A stretch of DNA of 64,000 bases from Heterodontus francisci (taxonomy: Eukaryota). Made by a program: the position numbers and the translations under genes. Of this stretch, positions 62,946-64,000 are shown piece by piece. The stretch is from positions 372,001 to 436,000 of the forward strand of contig NW_027142279.1 of assembly GCF_036365525.1 (NCBI RefSeq). Direction: 5' to 3'. Every line of letters begins with the position of its first letter. Position 1 is the stretch's first letter. The notes beneath the pieces are model-generated. The model was not told the DNA's origin. It did no database searches and was given only the letters and a program-made list of their open reading frames with translations.

Positions 62946-64000
62946 CAGATAGATAGAGAGAGAGACAGTAGACAGAGATAGAGTCAGATAGTGTTAGGCA
63001 CAGAAACAGAGACAGTTGAGGTAGTGAGACAGATGGAGAGCCAGAGAGAAAGAAAGAAACAGACAGAGAGGCAGACAGAGACAGTGAGAGAGTGAGAGGC
63101 AGAGAGGAGAAGGAAGAACGCCAGAGACAGGCAAAGATAGAGAGAGAGAAAGGGAGAGAAAGAGTAAAGAGAACGAGGAAAACAGAACAAGTCAGAGAGT
63201 CAGAAAGAGAGATGGGGCAGAGAGAGAAAGTGGCAAAGAGTGAGAGGCAGACAGAGAGAGAGAGAGAGAGGGACAGAGGGAGAGCGAGACAAAGAGAAAG
63301 AGACAGAGAAAAAGAGATAGAGGCAGACTGAGAGTGAGAGAGNNNNNNNNNNNNNNNNNNNNNNNNNNNNNNNNNNNNNNNNNNNNNNNNNNNNNNNNNN
63401 NNNNNNNNNNNNNNNNNNNNNNNNNNNNNNNNNNNNNNNNNNNNNNNNNNNNNNNNNNNNNNNNNNNNNNNNNNNNNNNNNNNNNNNNNNNNAGAGTTGG
63501 AGAGAGGGGCAGACAGAGACAGTGACAGTCTAAGAGGCAGAGAGAAGAAAGAAGAACGTTAGAGACAAGAAAAGATAAAGAGAGACAGAAAGGGAGAGAA
63601 AGAGTAAAGGGATGAAGGGAAACAGAGAACAAGACAAAGAGGCAGAGAGAGTCAGAGAGAGAGAGACAAGGAGAGACAGAGAGAGAGTGGCAGACAGAGG
63701 AACAGAGGGAGGGAGGGAGGGAGAGAGAGAGCGATAGCAGACAGAGATCGAGTGAAATACGGTTAGGCCGAGAAAGAGAGACAGAGAGAGGGAGTGAGAC
63801 AGATGGAGAGACAGAGCGAAAGAGACAGACAGAGAGAGAGGCAGACAGAGACAGTGAGAGAGTGAGAGGCAGAGAGAAGAAGGAAGAACGTCAGAGACAG
63901 GCAAAGATAGAGAGATAGAGAGAAAGGGAGAGAAAGAGTAAAGGGAAACAGAGAACAAGACAAAGAGGCAGAGTGAGAGACAGGGACAGAGGGAGAGAGA

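Larger units (their letters stand above)
44700..64000 (+). repeat. Segmental duplication of about 1-25900, lacking about 910-7258
   Basis: Collinear paralogs V1/V10, V3/V11, V4/V12, satellite, LINE, V5/V13 (offset 38247), V6/V14, V7/V15 and the AG tract. Confidence 0.95.

Overview
Eukaryotic DNA, very probably from a shark or ray (tRNA-derived V-SINEs of HE1 type, CR1-clade LINEs, long AG/TCTA tracts, N-runs). The window is part of a T-cell receptor beta-like locus and every segment lies on the + strand. I find 11 full-length V exons ending in CACAGTG RSSs (nine with 23-bp spacers, two with defective 21-bp spacers) and 4 V relics. Most V exons resemble mammalian TRBV30. In the middle of the V array sits a complete but decayed D-J-C unit: one D with 12/23 RSSs, one J, four C-beta-like exons, a polyA signal and a candidate Ets/Runx/GATA enhancer. 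The sequence from about 44.7 kb to the end duplicates the sequence from 1 to about 25.9 kb (offset about 38.2 kb, with a 6.3-kb deletion in the second copy), so a second D-J-C is expected just past the right edge. This suggests tandem (V)n-D-J-C-enhancer cassettes rather than one translocon. Four arrays of a 45-bp repeat carrying CTCF-consensus motifs lie directly after V RSSs and between the V array and D. Homology calls rest on motif recognition and recalled reference sequences, not on database searches, and repeat boundaries are approximate.
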